Below, one piece after another: positions 47,676 to 60,842 of a DNA stretch of 64,000 nt. Numbering within the stretch: position 1 is the stretch's first letter; the number at the start of each line of letters is the position of its first letter. The DNA comes from Guillardia theta CCMP2712 (lineage: Eukaryota; Protista; Cryptophyta). A model generated the notes under the pieces. It did not search any database, was not told the origin of the DNA, and was given only the letters and a program-made list of their open reading frames with translations. The position numbers and the translations under genes were made by a program. Location: the NCBI RefSeq assembly GCF_000315625.1, contig NW_005434670.1:620016-684015 (forward strand), given 5' to 3'.

Positions 47676-48602
47676 ATGTTCAGGCAAGGAAACAAACTCA
47701 GGTGTTTCATCATTCTCTTCTAATCACATCGAGCTCATCCTATCATAGCACAAGCATCTCCCGCTTGTCGACTCTCGCTTCGCGAGCAGCAGGCGTCAGG
47801 GCCAAGTCAACCCTCCCATCTTTGCCATACGATTTCGGTGCCCTCGAGCCAGTCGTCAACTCTGAGATCATGACGCTGCACCATGGAAAGGTTTTTGCGC
47901 TGACTCGTGCCGATCCGTCATCGTGACATGCTTTCAGCACCATGCTACATACGTCAACAACCTCAACGCCGCCTTGGAGAAAATGTCGGATGCCATGGTG
48001 GGCTAGTTGAGGTAGAGCGCTGGTTGATGACCGCGCGATGCAGGCCAAGCAGGACTATGCTACCATGATTGCGTTGCAAGGAGCCATCCAGTTCAATGGA
48101 GGTGGTCACCTCAACCACTCCATCTTCTGGCAGAACTTGTGTCCGGTCAAGGACGTCGTCGCTCCCTCTGAGGCCAATCCCGAGTTGGCAAAGGCCATCG
48201 AGGGCCAGTGGGGCTCCCTCGACAACTTTAAGACAGAGTTCAATACCAAGACAGCGGCCATTCAAGGATCCGGCTGGGGTTGGCTGGGATACAACAAGCA
48301 GTCCAAGAAGCTCGAGATCGCCACGTGCGCGAACCAGGACCCTCTGGTCATGAAGGGACTGGTAGAGGATCAGCAATGCCGTGGGCTGGCCTGACGCCTC
48401 TTCCTCAGGTTCCCCTCCTCGGTATCGACGTGTGGGAGCACGCGTATTACTTGCAGTACAAGAACGCAAGACCTGAGTACTTGAAGCAGATCTGGCAGGT
48501 GGAGTTGTGTGATGTGCGCACTGCGTGCTCGGCCTGACCTCACGGCAGGTGGTGAACTGGAAGGATGTAGCTGCCCGCTATGAAGCGGCCAAGAAGGCTT
48601 AG
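47676..48602 (+). CDS. SOD2: Mitochondrial manganese superoxide dismutase
   Basis: Presequence [21 protein letters not shown] (first intron GC-AG, 47684-47748); [51 protein letters not shown] and DVWEHAYY motifs. Confidence 0.95.
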
Positions 48603-48662
48603 AGGAGGAGGAGGGACGAGAGCTTCGATAGCAACACGTTCTATAAACCTGAATGTGCAAGA

Positions 48663-51600
48663 CTACATCGAGACATCCACAGAGGACAACCCCCCCGATC
48701 TGAAACTCGGCAGGAGGTTTCTCATGCGTTCTAGTCTCTGGTGCAGCTCGAAAGAGAGCGCAGCCTTGAACTCTGCGAACTGATCGTTGAGCTCGGAGAC
48801 CTGGTGGAGGAGAGTCAGTGACCGGAGAGATGAATGTAGGCATCGGATACAGCATCGTTGACGTTGCTTCGATCCCTTCCCTTCCGATACTCGTCCTCCT
48901 AGTTTGAAGCTTGTGAGTGGAGGGGATGGGAGGGATGTTGGGAGGCAAGACAACACAGATGTTTGCTGGTGCAGCACGGGGAGGAGGGGAGGAGGGCAAG
49001 GAAGGGAAGGAGGAACGTTGCAGAGTTGTTCTACCAGCATCATCATCTCCGTGTCAAGGTCCTCAACCTCTTCCTCTGCCGATCTGCTTGCGCCTGCACC
49101 TGCGTCACGAACGAGAAGCAGCAGAGGGCGGGGAAGGAGCGTCAGGGGACTAGATTACCTTTTCGTCCAGCTTTGGTTGAGATCTTCTTTCCACGCTTGA
49201 GAACGTTCCCAAACCAGGAGGAATCAAGGCTGACCTCCTCCTCCTCTTCCACGATCTCGCTGATGTCTGTGACAACAGCAGCCGCGCACACGGCAGCAGC
49301 AACATCATCTGACGATTTGGTGGACGGCATGAAGTGCGGAGAGCAAGGGGCAGAGGCATCAGTCCTCTTGAGCTCCCAGGCTTGCACAGCAGCCATGAAG
49401 GCGGAGCAGAAGGAAGCAAACTTGGCACAGAACTGCATCTGCGAGACCTTGGAGCTCTCACCATACAGCTTCCTGGTCTCGAGAAAGAGAGAGTTCACTG
49501 CCTCCACATCCCCCACGATCGTTTGCAGCTTCTCCTTGGCTGCTTCGACGAACTCGGGAAGCCTGACTGATAGAGGGTCGTCAGGAGCCGCCAGGGAGAT
49601 CTCGTGCTCCATGGACGCCAGGCCTTGCCGGAGATGCGCCACGTGCTCGAGGACGAGGGGGAGGGACACCTTGGTGCTGGGCTCCAGGTGTTTGAGCTCC
49701 GCCGCAAAGCTAAGGATGCTCTCTTGCCCGGAGGAAGCGAGCTGGGCCACCAGGTAGTCCAACAGGGTGCAGACTGTACCATCCTTGTCCACGTTGGACC
49801 GCATGTTCGAGACCTGCTCTAGAGCATCCAGGCGGAAGCCTCCGGCATTGCCCATGCTCGTCCCGAAGTTCATGAAGTTGCCGATGGCCAGCAGGTTCTC
49901 CAGCACCTGGTGCAGCCCCTTGCAGTCCTTGAGCTCGAGCAGGGCGAGGCGGAGGGTCGAGATGCCCGACGTTGCCTCCTGCCAACGATCCTCGAAGCTC
50001 TTGACGAACTCAAACACGCTCAGCCTCTCCCTGTACCTCGGGACTGAAAGGATCTCGAGGAAGAAGCGCTCGGCTATCCCGAGGTCTCGCGCATCTCCAT
50101 CGAAGGCCCTCAGCATCTCCATCTCCTCGTCCGTCGGCACGTACTGCTTCAGTGACGCCACGTCATCAAGGGTGAGCACGTCGGCATCGAGCTCGACCAC
50201 AGCCTCGCGGATCTTGCGGAGGGAGCAGCGGAACTTGGAGAGCATGATGCCGATGTTCTGAGCTCGACGGAGATCGAGGAGGGAATATCGCTGCCTGCTC
50301 TTCTTCCCATCCCCGTGCCCATTCCTCGCTGCCTCCGATGGCTCACCGTCAACCCCCGTCCTACTGGCTCGATGGAGGGACTTGTGCCGTTTCTTGATGC
50401 AGAAGAGAGTCTGGAGCCTGTCGGCATCGATGGCAGCAGAGGCGCTCGCTCGATACATCTCCTTGCTCTTCCTCCATACCGACTGCTCGCACTCGTGCAG
50501 CGGCAGCTTGCTCCAGTGGAAGGGTTTCATCGTCACGCTGGGCGCGGGTCCCTCATACTCTCGGGATGCTTGTAGATGCTTCCCCATGTTCGCAGCATGC
50601 GGGTCGGACATAGGGGGAGGGGGAGGGGGAGGAGGAAGACTTGACGGAGCACCTGGTAGTGGAGGGGGAGGGAGGGGGAGGAGGAGGAGCACCGAGAAGA
50701 GGGGGAGGAGGTGGTGGCGGTGGTGGAGGGGGAGGAATATTGTTCAGCGAGCCAGGAGGAGGAGGAGGAGGGGGAGGAGGAGGAGGTGGTGGTGGTGCAT
50801 CCGATGGCGGCAAACCAGCAGAATCTTGCGGGGGCTCCTCGCCTGCCACATTGCTCTTTTGATTGATGTCGCTGCAATCTGTGCCTGGGCGTGAGAACCA
50901 CAAAGAGCTCAGCGGCAACTTCACCTGCTCCCTCCTGCTCCCAACCCTGAGCAGCCCCAGGCTCTCCCTCCTGCTCGCCTCTCGATCCTCTGTAACAGAA
51001 CTCCTCTGCAAAGCAGATCTTGTCAAGGGATGCCTTCTCGGGGCTCAAGGAATCAACAGCTGGAGGAAAAGAAGCAGAAGGGGGGGAGGGGGAGGGGGGG
51101 GGGGGGAAGGCGCCACAGTACGTCAGGATGAGGGAGGAGGTCGTGGTACGGACATCTCGTGAACTTCACCTTCCAGCGCTCTCCGAGGACCGACGAGGGC
51201 GGATGCTGGCACTGTGCTCGACTGCGAAAGAATCTCGTCGCCCTCCCCACTCGCTGCGTCCATTCCGGCAGCATGCGACGAGCTCCCTTCTTCCTCGATC
51301 CTCAGGCAGCCAACAGAGTCAGGAGAAGCGCCAAGCTGGCCCTCATAGTCCGCCATCTTCTGCTGGAGCTGCAGCCAGCTGACAGGCTCCAGGTTGGAGG
51401 AGGAAGGTATTGGCCGAGCGGAGGCAGAGGAAGAGCTGCCAAAGGTCGAGGAGTGGGTATGGCCCAGGGGCAGAGCAAGAGACTCGATCGTCGACTCGAT
51501 CCTCTGGAATATGCTCCCCATGGATGCTGTCGCGCTGCCCAACAGATCTTGCGGATCGAACCGCACTCGAGAAAGCTCCTCGTCCTCCTCCTCTTCGACC

Positions 51601-53310
51601 TCAGCCCGCACAGAGCCGCCGTCCCGCTCCGCACTATGATCCTCGCCAGCGGTCTCCGTGCCTCCCTTGTCTCTCGGGGATTCACAGGTCACTTTCTTCC
51701 TCCGAATCAACAAGTTGGCCTTGTTGAGGATGGAAAGAAGGTTGTAGCGCTCATCCCTCCTGATCTCCTTCATGACCAGGCTCCTCCAGTGCAGCAGCTT
51801 GCTGCTCGTCTCCTCCCCTTCCCCGTCCCCGAGGCTCTTGGGCTCGTCCCCTTGAGAGGCTCTCCTCCTGGAACGACGCTTCCTCCTCGACCTCTCTGCC
51901 TTCAGTCGCTCCGCAACCGCAACCAGCTCCTCCATCTCCCGCGTCGTTGAGCTCAAGAAGCTAATCAGCTCCTGCAACCGTTCACGTCACATCTTTTCCC
52001 GTCTACCCCTCCTCTCATCCAGTATACGACCCCTCCACTCATGTCTCTCCTCCGAATCCCTCCCGCTCTAAAAACAAGGTGGTCCTCTTACCTCTTGTCT
52101 CGCCTCTGCCCTCGTGCGCGGAGCTCCTGTCTCCTGCTCATTCAGCTTCGTCCAGAGGACTACCTGAGGAAGGGGCCTCGACAACGTGGGAGCAGGGCAA
52201 GAAGGGAGTGTCGGGCGGATTGTAGCGGACGGGTGCTTCACAGTCTTGTGCGGAGAGCTGGAGGCAGACAATACGACTTTTGCTCCACATCTTCTTTCCG
52301 TCTCCCCTTCCCCTTCATCCTGCCCTTCGTGCAGCATCCTGCTGACGTCAGCGTGCCGAGCGGCAGGAAGAATGCGATGAATGGCGAGAGGAGGCACGAA
52401 AGGATGTCCGTTGGCCTGAAATTACCGTCATGACATGCTGCATGCCTCCTCCCCAATGACAGACATTCCCCATATGGGACAAGAACTTATGAAAGCTTAC
52501 CGCTTTCATAAGTTCTTCAGTGGCATGTTGCGTATCGAGAAACGTGTCTTGCTGGTCGGACTCCACCGGGCCTCCGGCTTCTACGCTAAAATCGCGTCCG
52601 TCGCCCTGCCGGTCCAGCTCAGCAGGGGTGAGGCGGGAGCGACTCCTCCACCTCTTGCGGCAAGGGGGCGCGACATCGTTCGCCTCGATCAACAGCTTTG
52701 TAGGATGGAGCAGGTTCGTCATCCAGCTCGTGCGAGGAGAACTTGGCGCTGAACCAGCCGCGTCATTCACCCCCGACCAGTCACAAGGAAGGCAACGGCA
52801 CCTGACAAACGACTGCAGCTTCTGGAAGACTTCGCACTCAGTGACCCACCTGAAGTCACAAGCTCAGTTCATCCTCGTTCGACCTGACTTGCCTCGGGTA
52901 CATGAGTTTGCTATCCGTGTAGGCGACAAGAGACAGACTGTACTGACTCGCCGACCTTCAATTCTGTCATTCCGTCCCTCCAACCATCATCGTCGTCACC
53001 TCGCCCGCGGGGACGCCAGGATGGTTTGAACCCGAGGGTCCTGATCGTACTTTGAATTCTCAAGGCGACTACGAACCACCCACCTGAGCTCTTTCGCACA
53101 CCCATGAAGTAATCTTGTACAGCGTCTTGCCTCCCCTTCCTCCACGAGCCCATTCAAAGGTTTTGCCTGTATCACACAGGTCAGCCAGCGGCAGCAGATT
53201 GTCAGACAAAGTACCTCCCAAGACGATGAGAGCATCGATTGTTATCTTCAGCGGCCCCTGCTACTATCTTTCAGACTTTCAAAGTCATACCATTCTCTCA
53301 GACATACAGC
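48663..53310 (-). CDS. Formin (FH1 polyproline + FH2); 5' end uncertain
   Basis: Poly-Pro tracts at 50610-50800; MKPFHWSKL, LLDLRRAQNIGIML, LAIGNFMNFG...AGGFRLDALEQV and TLLDYL FH2 motifs; spliced tail to the stop at 48663. Confidence 0.9.
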
Positions 53311-54298
53311 AAGATCTTGCTCTCTGCAGGAATGTTGAATTTCATCGTCATCGTCTTCTGTGTTCTTATGTCAAACAACCCAGATGCTCTCCCGACAGAG
53401 ACATTCACCTGAGTCGATGGACATTTTGCTTTTCTTCTCTAACAATCAAGTGGTTCAGTCAGTTGCACCAATAAGGGACGAACCATCTGCGCCGAACATT
53501 CACTTGTTATTACAACGTGAAAGTATTGAAATTCCAACAAACAGATCAAGAGGTGAGGGCCAGCATACAAAAGTCGAAAATGGACTCGTCTATACAAGAA
53601 CTCATCGGTCTGAAGATCTAAAGAGCTACCAGACATCCCCCACCCCTTCAGTGACCAAATCTGCGACGAAGAATCTGACGAAACCGATCCAACACAACAT
53701 AAATGAGAGGCCAGTCACCCAGGGTAAAAAGAGGATAAAATTTGATTGAAGCATGTTGATGATGGATCTAAAATCAGACACGTTTCATCGTAGAAAAAAT
53801 GGTTGTCAAAAATTGGTGCGCAGTGGCCTACAATGTATTGCGTCACAGTGATTATGACGGAGATGCGTTGGTGATACTGATACAGAAAGGGATATGGTAC
53901 AATAGTGCATGGTGTTGGGCTCAGCGTCGAGAAGGATGATGGAAGGATGGGTAGAGTCAGAAGATGGTGTGAAGAGAAGTGAGGGAGATGGTGTGTTCAT
54001 CGTTCGCCGTCTCTCCTTCATGGCTGCCGGCGCTGCAGCCAGTTCTCCCCTGCCATGAAGGTTCAAAATGATACGGTGAGAGTTGAGTAAAAAAAAGGGG
54101 ACCCGATCTTGTATTTTTAATTTTACACGGATAAAAAGAATACGGAATTGTGACGTGAGTGACCCCTCCCGAGCACTTCATTAGTACCGGTACCACTGGT
54201 GGGAATCTTTTGTTTTTTTTACGGATTCGCTCGAGTTCCCCTTCTGACTCTTTTTTTGTTCCACCCGGCCCTCATTTCTTTTTTTCTTTTACAGGTTG

Positions 54299-57200
54299 TC
54301 ATGACAGCAGCCTGATGATCTGAAAAGCGCAGCGATCAACATGCCGGAGGGAGCGCCGGCAATGAGCGTTACCTGCTGCCTCTTCTCGCTCTGCGGGAAC
54401 AAGGAGACCACGAGAGCCTCGACCTCGACGTTCCTTTGCGACATGCTAACTCAAAGATACTGCCTGCAACAGTCGAGAAAGGCTACCTGAACATAGTCAA
54501 GGCCTCGGATTCCACCAGGTTGAGAAATTCTTCCACAGTCATCCCTTGGTGAAGTCAGTCAAGTTCATCAGTCGAAGGACATCGAGAGTACCGAGCAGGT
54601 CCAACAGCATCGAGAACTTGGGCTGGGAGGGAACAAACGCCCTGTGAGAGTGATCAGCAGCACAATCAGACGAGGGGCTCGAGGACAGCACTTCAAAGCG
54701 GATCTTGAAAGACTGGTAGCGCCAATCTGTATGCGGTGTCATGCAGGAAATGCCTCCATGTACCTCCTGACCTTGAGGAGATGATCGACCTTCGCAGCAG
54801 TCAAGACCTCCTGCAGCTCCTGCACCTGCAATTTGTCAAAGGAGGAGGAAAGAGGCGAGCGGCTTACCTTGTCCTGCGCGATGTCTTGAATGGAGAGGAC
54901 GAAGCGAAGGAGGGCGTTGTAATAGTGGTTCAAGATGCAGCCAACGACCCGCCTGTAGAGTCCGACGGGTAGAGCTGGCTGAGCATCTGCTAGCATTCAG
55001 TGAAGTTCCTAGAGCAAGAAACAAGGACCGGGAGATCCTGGCCACAGTACGGACAGAGACAAGGACGATATCTGAAAACCTGTAAGCAAAGGAAACGATG
55101 AAACACGTTGACCTGGTGCTTGATCCGCTCGCAGGACGTTTGCAGGTGTTGCAGAACTTCATCATCCAGGCTGGACAGCAATAAATCATCGGTCCCAACA
55201 GTAGTCGCCCACCTACCTTCGGAACAGCTTCTCTGTTTCAAAGAGTTCGCATTCAATCATCTTGAATTGCTTTGTAGCAATCTTATCAAGATATCTGCAG
55301 CTCAAATCACCCTATCGGTTACATATTCTGCCAGGATCTACTTCGCAGCTTGTGCTCGTATCTTCCATATCAGATCAAAGAAAGAGAGGTCGGCGACTTG
55401 ACAGCCGTTTCCAGTCTTGGACAAGACCGTCCTCCACGATGGCTGTGGAATATTTTCGTTAGAAAAGTTTCTGTTACCAACGTCGCGATCACTTGTAGCA
55501 AGGCGATGGCGTTTGCGATGTACATGGCTGTTCGGGAAGTGTCAGTTGTGACCAGGTTGAGCCCCTTCAACCTACCATCGTTATGGAAACCGACTGCTAG
55601 GATGTCCAGTTGCTCCACCTAGTCTAATCTGAGCAACTCATCTCTGAATCGGACGAGCTTCACCTTCTCCGAGAAGAGTTGCTCAGTTATAGCGAGATAA
55701 AGCTCGACTACGTCCCTGCTGGTCTAGCATGGCACGTGATTCAGTCCATGAATCATGCTGCCAAGCTTGACCTGAAGCAGCGCTTGTGCAAGGCCTGGAA
55801 CATACTCCCCGCCCTCTTGATTCTTGGTGACCTCAGAACTGCAGGCCTCGTGAGCTTCTCTCAGAATTTCCTGCGAGGAAAGTGAGCGACGAAGTCAAAG
55901 GTTATTGACAGGGAACATGTAGGACAGCGAGGACATCGATAGAGCTGGACGTGACTTGACACGCGGGGAAACCACAGTCAGCAGCCTCCAACTCTTTTAT
56001 GCTGCCGTCAGTCAGAGCTGGATCCTTTGACGTCACAGCTTTCTTCTTCGACGCCTCCAGATCCTCCTTGCAAGGCTGTCCAAGCACTCTCATGCTCGCA
56101 ACGAGATCATGCGTCTGGCAGAGACGATTTTTGAGGTTGGCGCGGGTCTGATGAGAAAGAATGAGGTGAAGAAATTAGCATCACAGAGGATTTAGCCGGG
56201 AAAAGGAAGGAGTTAACGAATAAAGGAGAAGTCGGACCGACTCAAACCATTACCTGCTCCACATGTGCAAGTTGACGCTTCTTGATGAACAACTCAGGGA
56301 CGGATGAGATTGTTCTGTCAAAGACTGAAGGGTCGATGCTATCTAACCCTTGAATGCTCCCTTTCTTGTTTGCTTTGACATGCTGCATGAAGTCGCGACT
56401 GCAAGACTGGACAAGTTCAAAGTGTTTCTGCAGTCAGACATCATTCCATGAGATCCCAGTGACACGATCAACATCACGATCAACCTTGAAGTTTCCAGAC
56501 TCAACGGGAAATCCGAACATCAAGTTTGAAGAGAGCTTGCTTTCAAAAAGCATCCACATCCTTTCGGCTGCGAGCTTTTGCCAGTCTTGCTTGAATGCTT
56601 GTTTCGAATCCAGCAACCCGACGTCGAAGACCTCAAAAAAATAAGTCACACTCTTTCAGCCAGGACAAAGCAAATTCAATTACAAACGTCAGAGCGAACT
56701 GCAGTGCCATTTCAGACTCCACAAACTTCGAGCGGACGTCTTTGACTTCCTCTTCGCTCGTGCTATGAGTGAGAATCAGCCTAGTCGTCCTCCTACCAGA
56801 ACCCTCTCCCTTCCCTCCAGACTCCTTCATGATCTCTGACTCTACTGAGATCGCACCCTTGCCTTCAAATACCGGGGAGAAGAAGTTCTCGAGACCCTGA
56901 AGAACGAGCTCGAACTGCTCCCTACCACCTCCCACCTTGGTTACCCTTCCTCCGGACTCGTCCTCATACGCATCCAGCATCTCCAACGCATCGATAGCGA
57001 AGCAGATGCCACTGCCGGCTTTCAAGAGGATCGGGACTAGTTCTTTCTTCTTCAGGGAGAGTAAAGCTTCGTTGGGCAAGCCTCCATGGCACATCCTCAT
57101 CTCCGACTTGTCAAAAACAACGTTGTTGGCAATGTACGCCCGCAAAACAGCCCGGAGTTTCTTGGCTATTTCCCTCAGCACAGGATTCACCACCTTCACT

Positions 57201-57748
57201 ACATTCGGTGTCTTGCCTTGCAGTCTTGGCAGCCCATCAAGATATGTCTTAACACCGAGAAGTTCAACGGCGAGTGAACGCAAAGACTTGGCATCGTCTC
57301 GTCCTTCCTCCAGTTCAGCTTGAAACGTCTCACAAAACGTGTATATAGAAAGAATCCTCTCAAGCCACTTGTGCTTTTCCTCCTCTTTCTTGAGCTCTTC
57401 AGCTATTGCCTGCGCTTCTTGTTTCTTGTTCTCGAGTTCTGTTAGGGCACCTTCTGCAGCTGCAAGGTGCTCGAATGCCAACGTTGAGTTCTCCGCTATG
57501 ATCCCTGACGCGATCTTCCGGTACTCCATCATCTCTTTGTCATGAGTCTCAACGAATGACTCAAGCGACTCATTGGCCTCCTTCAACTTGCCTTCTATCG
57601 CCGCCAGGTCCGCGACGACCACTGACGGGAGCTCGTCAGCCCTGCAGGTCTTGAGCTTGAGATCCAGGCCCAGACCATTGCTCTCCGCCTGCTTTGCAAT
57701 CTCTCGAGCAGCAGACAGGAGGAGCTCCATCGAGCCATCGACGACCAT
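54299..57748 (-). CDS. ZW10: ZW10 (RZZ kinetochore / NRZ tethering subunit)-like protein
   Basis: N-terminal coiled coil; FPACQVTSS, spliced FHNDAMYIANAI and C-terminal VEVEALVVSLFPQSEKRQQIIRLLS* resemble conserved ZW10 motifs (FPxCxIS, HNNCMYIAH, EVKALIRALFQN). Confidence 0.75.
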
Positions 57749-58547
57749 GGCCGACCGATCTGGATAAGGAACAAACAGGTCAGTGAGCGTCTCGACTGGT
57801 GGACTCTGAATGGATCCCGATAAAGAGTTGCAGGAGCAGGGATGACATCAACTAGGCTCTCTTGCACACCCTGCCTGCCTCTTGTCCTCTCCCTCCCGCT
57901 CCTTGTCAATCTCTGATCTCTCCCTCTCCAGCAATGTGCATGCTCATCTTTCATGGAAATGACCGCGCATGATGGCTGACCTTGAGGGCCTGGACTCCGA
58001 GCCTGAGTCCACGGCATGATTTCAAAACAGGCTGGCCCCGGGCCGGGCGGGCCGTCGCCGCCGCGCCGGGCCGCGGGCCGGGCCCGGCGGACCGCGGCCG
58101 GGCGGCATCAAGCCGGCTGGCTTGAGGCCCCAGCAAGTACCGGGCCCTCGCTGACTGGCCGAGCGGCCAGCCTGTGAGTGGGCCAGAGGCTCGGCTCGGA
58201 TAAGGGTTGCGCCGCCCTATCTTGGATCATCGGAGTCGGATGGTGCCTTAGCCAGTGCGCCGCAACTTGTAACTGGCCTGAGTGACAATTTCGGCGGATC
58301 CGCAAAACTTGAAGCTAGGCTTGCTTGCTAGGCTTCAATGTGCTAAGTTGACTCGCCGGAACTCATCTGAAAATTCGGAACTTGAAGCAACCGTACGGTC
58401 ACGTTCCCGCTGAGAGGCTGCCTGGCACGGTCCGACGGTCCGGTCAGCCCGGGCCGGCCCCCCGGGCCGCCGGGCCCGGAAGTTAAGATCAGCCTGTTAC
58501 AAAGCGGTTACACCGTAAGGTGTTTGCCGCTCAATTCGTTATCAGAT

Positions 58548-60024
58548 ATGCGGGTGCGCCAGGCATGCCGGTCCCCTCGCTCTGCCAGCCATGCAGAATT
58601 TCCATCCCACACCTGTATCTCCTCGCTCCACCGGACCTACTCGATCTCGTTCTTGTCCTCTCTGCCCTGCTTCTCCTCCTTCCCCTCATTGATCTTCCTG
58701 CTCGCCTGCCTGCGAGAATCCGCAGCAGAGACGGTCAGCTGTACATACTCAACCTCAGCTGGATACTTCAGCGAGAGCTCTTGTCTGAATGGTTCGACGA
58801 CTGTCCAGTACTTCAAGGTAACAGGAGTCATCCTCGCTGACTTCATGACCGGAACTCGACAGGTTGCGATTCAAGCTCCCGCGCAGCAATCGTACACAAC
58901 GCTGATCTCACCATGTACCTCTCGCTCTTTGCTGCATCCTCTGACCTTGCTTCGTCTCCAGCGGATGCTACATGCTCAGGTCAAGACTCGCAGTTCGTAT
59001 GCACCGCTCCAGTGAACAACATTGTGAGGTATCTGACAAGACCTGATGTAAGCATCCTGTGAATTTGGAACCAGCTACCAAGTGTACGTGGGAGAAGGGT
59101 GCCTGCCGAACAGCAACAACAACAACTGGGCTGACATGAGCAACAGATTCTCAAAACAGGTTATCTCCTTCAACTTCTCCAATGCCCCATGGTGATGCCG
59201 ACTGTACAGATCACGATTTGCAAGCCGTGTCGCAGAAACAACTACTGGATAGGAATCAAGGTAGGATAAGATTGGAGTGTGCTTCTGTTTCAGTCAGTGA
59301 CGAGTGGCTTGGAAGCTCTTGGATCCAACAATGAATTGCAACTTTAAGCTTTATGTGCCGAAGCTAGTGTGAGTGCGGTTCTTTACTTTGAAAGCGCCTT
59401 TGACTGCAGGAGAAGGAAAGACGCAGGTTCTAGTACCACGTGCTCCTTTTTATCCTCAACCACAGATCAAGAAATGTATCCCTCTTATGGCATCTCAATT
59501 CCAACCAGCGTGATCATTGTCAACAGCAAAACTCAGCCTGTCTGCAACGCCGGACTTCTACGAGGTTGTCACGTTTCGCTCAAGCCGAGAGGCATTAATC
59601 TGTGGCTAGGCCCCGAGAATGGGTGTCCAGTGCCTCCGGCAGGCTTCATGTGCCTGTTTGGCGTCTGCCGCCCATGGCTCTGGCCCGTGATGATCTTGAT
59701 ATGCATGTGCATTGCTGGACTGATTGGCCTCAGGTTATTGCGCTGCTCATAGGGTTAGTTCCATGCCTCGCGGAGACTTGCGTCATCGTCTACTTCCATC
59801 GCAAGTGAGAGCAGGGAGCTGCTGCCAGACATGGTGAGGGTGGTGAGACAGGTTGCGGGCTCGGATCGACGCCGAGAAGTCCGGCTACGAGGACCTCCCG
59901 TCCAACTACAGCAACGAAGTGCGTTGAACTGCCGGCCGGTGTTGATGACATCACAGTCATTGCACAGGTCGTTGTGGACGAGAACAAGATGGATGTCGAT
60001 TCAGACGATGACAATGTTCCTTGA
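58548..60024 (+). CDS. Multi-exon single-pass membrane hypothetical protein
   Basis: Hydrophobic leader (SLIFLLACLRESAA), Cys-containing ectodomain exons, TM WLWPVMILICMCIAGLIGL, acidic tail ending DSDDDNVP*. Confidence 0.55.
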
Positions 60025-60288
60025 CTTCGCTCGTGTGATGATGGTGACTGTTGCGCAGTTGCCTGACGCCCTGCCACCGACATTTTTCGTCACGGGCGCA
60101 GACGATTGAAGGGCTGTTGTCAGGACGAGCGTGTACACGTACTGTAAGATTGTACATCACATTTACTTCAAATTGTATATTATTCAATTACATTGTCCAA
60201 TTTTTTGTTGATTCCTTGGAGATCTCGCTGATGAGTTTTGTTTGCCCCTGGTAGACGCAACAAATGTTTCCCTGTTGACTCAGTTCTA

Positions 60289-60730
60289 TCGATGCTGATA
60301 GAATGTGTACGTGCTACTGAGCTGGTTCGATCGATGCTGATAGAATGTGTACGTGCTACTGAGCTGGTTCGATCGATGCTGATAGAATGTGTACGTGCTA
60401 CTGAGCTGGTTCGATCGATACTGATAGAACGTGTACGTGCTACTGAGCTGGTTCGATCGATACTGATAGAATGTGTACGCGCCACTGAGCTGGTCCGATC
60501 GATACTGATAGAATGTGTACGTGCTACTGAGCTGGTCCGATCGATGCTGATAGAATGTGTACGCGCCACTGAGCTGGTTCGATCGATACTGATAGAATGT
60601 GTACGTGCTACTGAGCTGGTTCGATCGATACTGATAGAATGTGTACGCGCCACTGAGCTGGTCCGATCGATACTGATAGAATGTGTACGTGCTACTGAGC
60701 TGGTCCGATTGATACTGATAGAATGTGTAC
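60289..60730. repeat. 42-bp minisatellite, 10.5 copies
   Basis: Unit TCGAT(G/A)CTGATAGAATGTGTACG(T/C)GC(T/C)ACTGAGCTGGT(T/C)CGA, head-to-tail with no spacers. Confidence 0.97.
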
Positions 60731-60842
60731 TGCCGACAACTCCATGGCTTGAACCCCTTATGGACGAGCGTCTTGAAGGGAAGGAAGACCTGGAGGCAGC
60801 GCAAGGTGACTGAGGGCAGATACAACGACACACGAGCAAAGG

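Noticed and set aside
60289-60730. CRISPR array
   Set aside because: Units are head-to-tail with no unique spacers; eukaryotic context and no cas genes.
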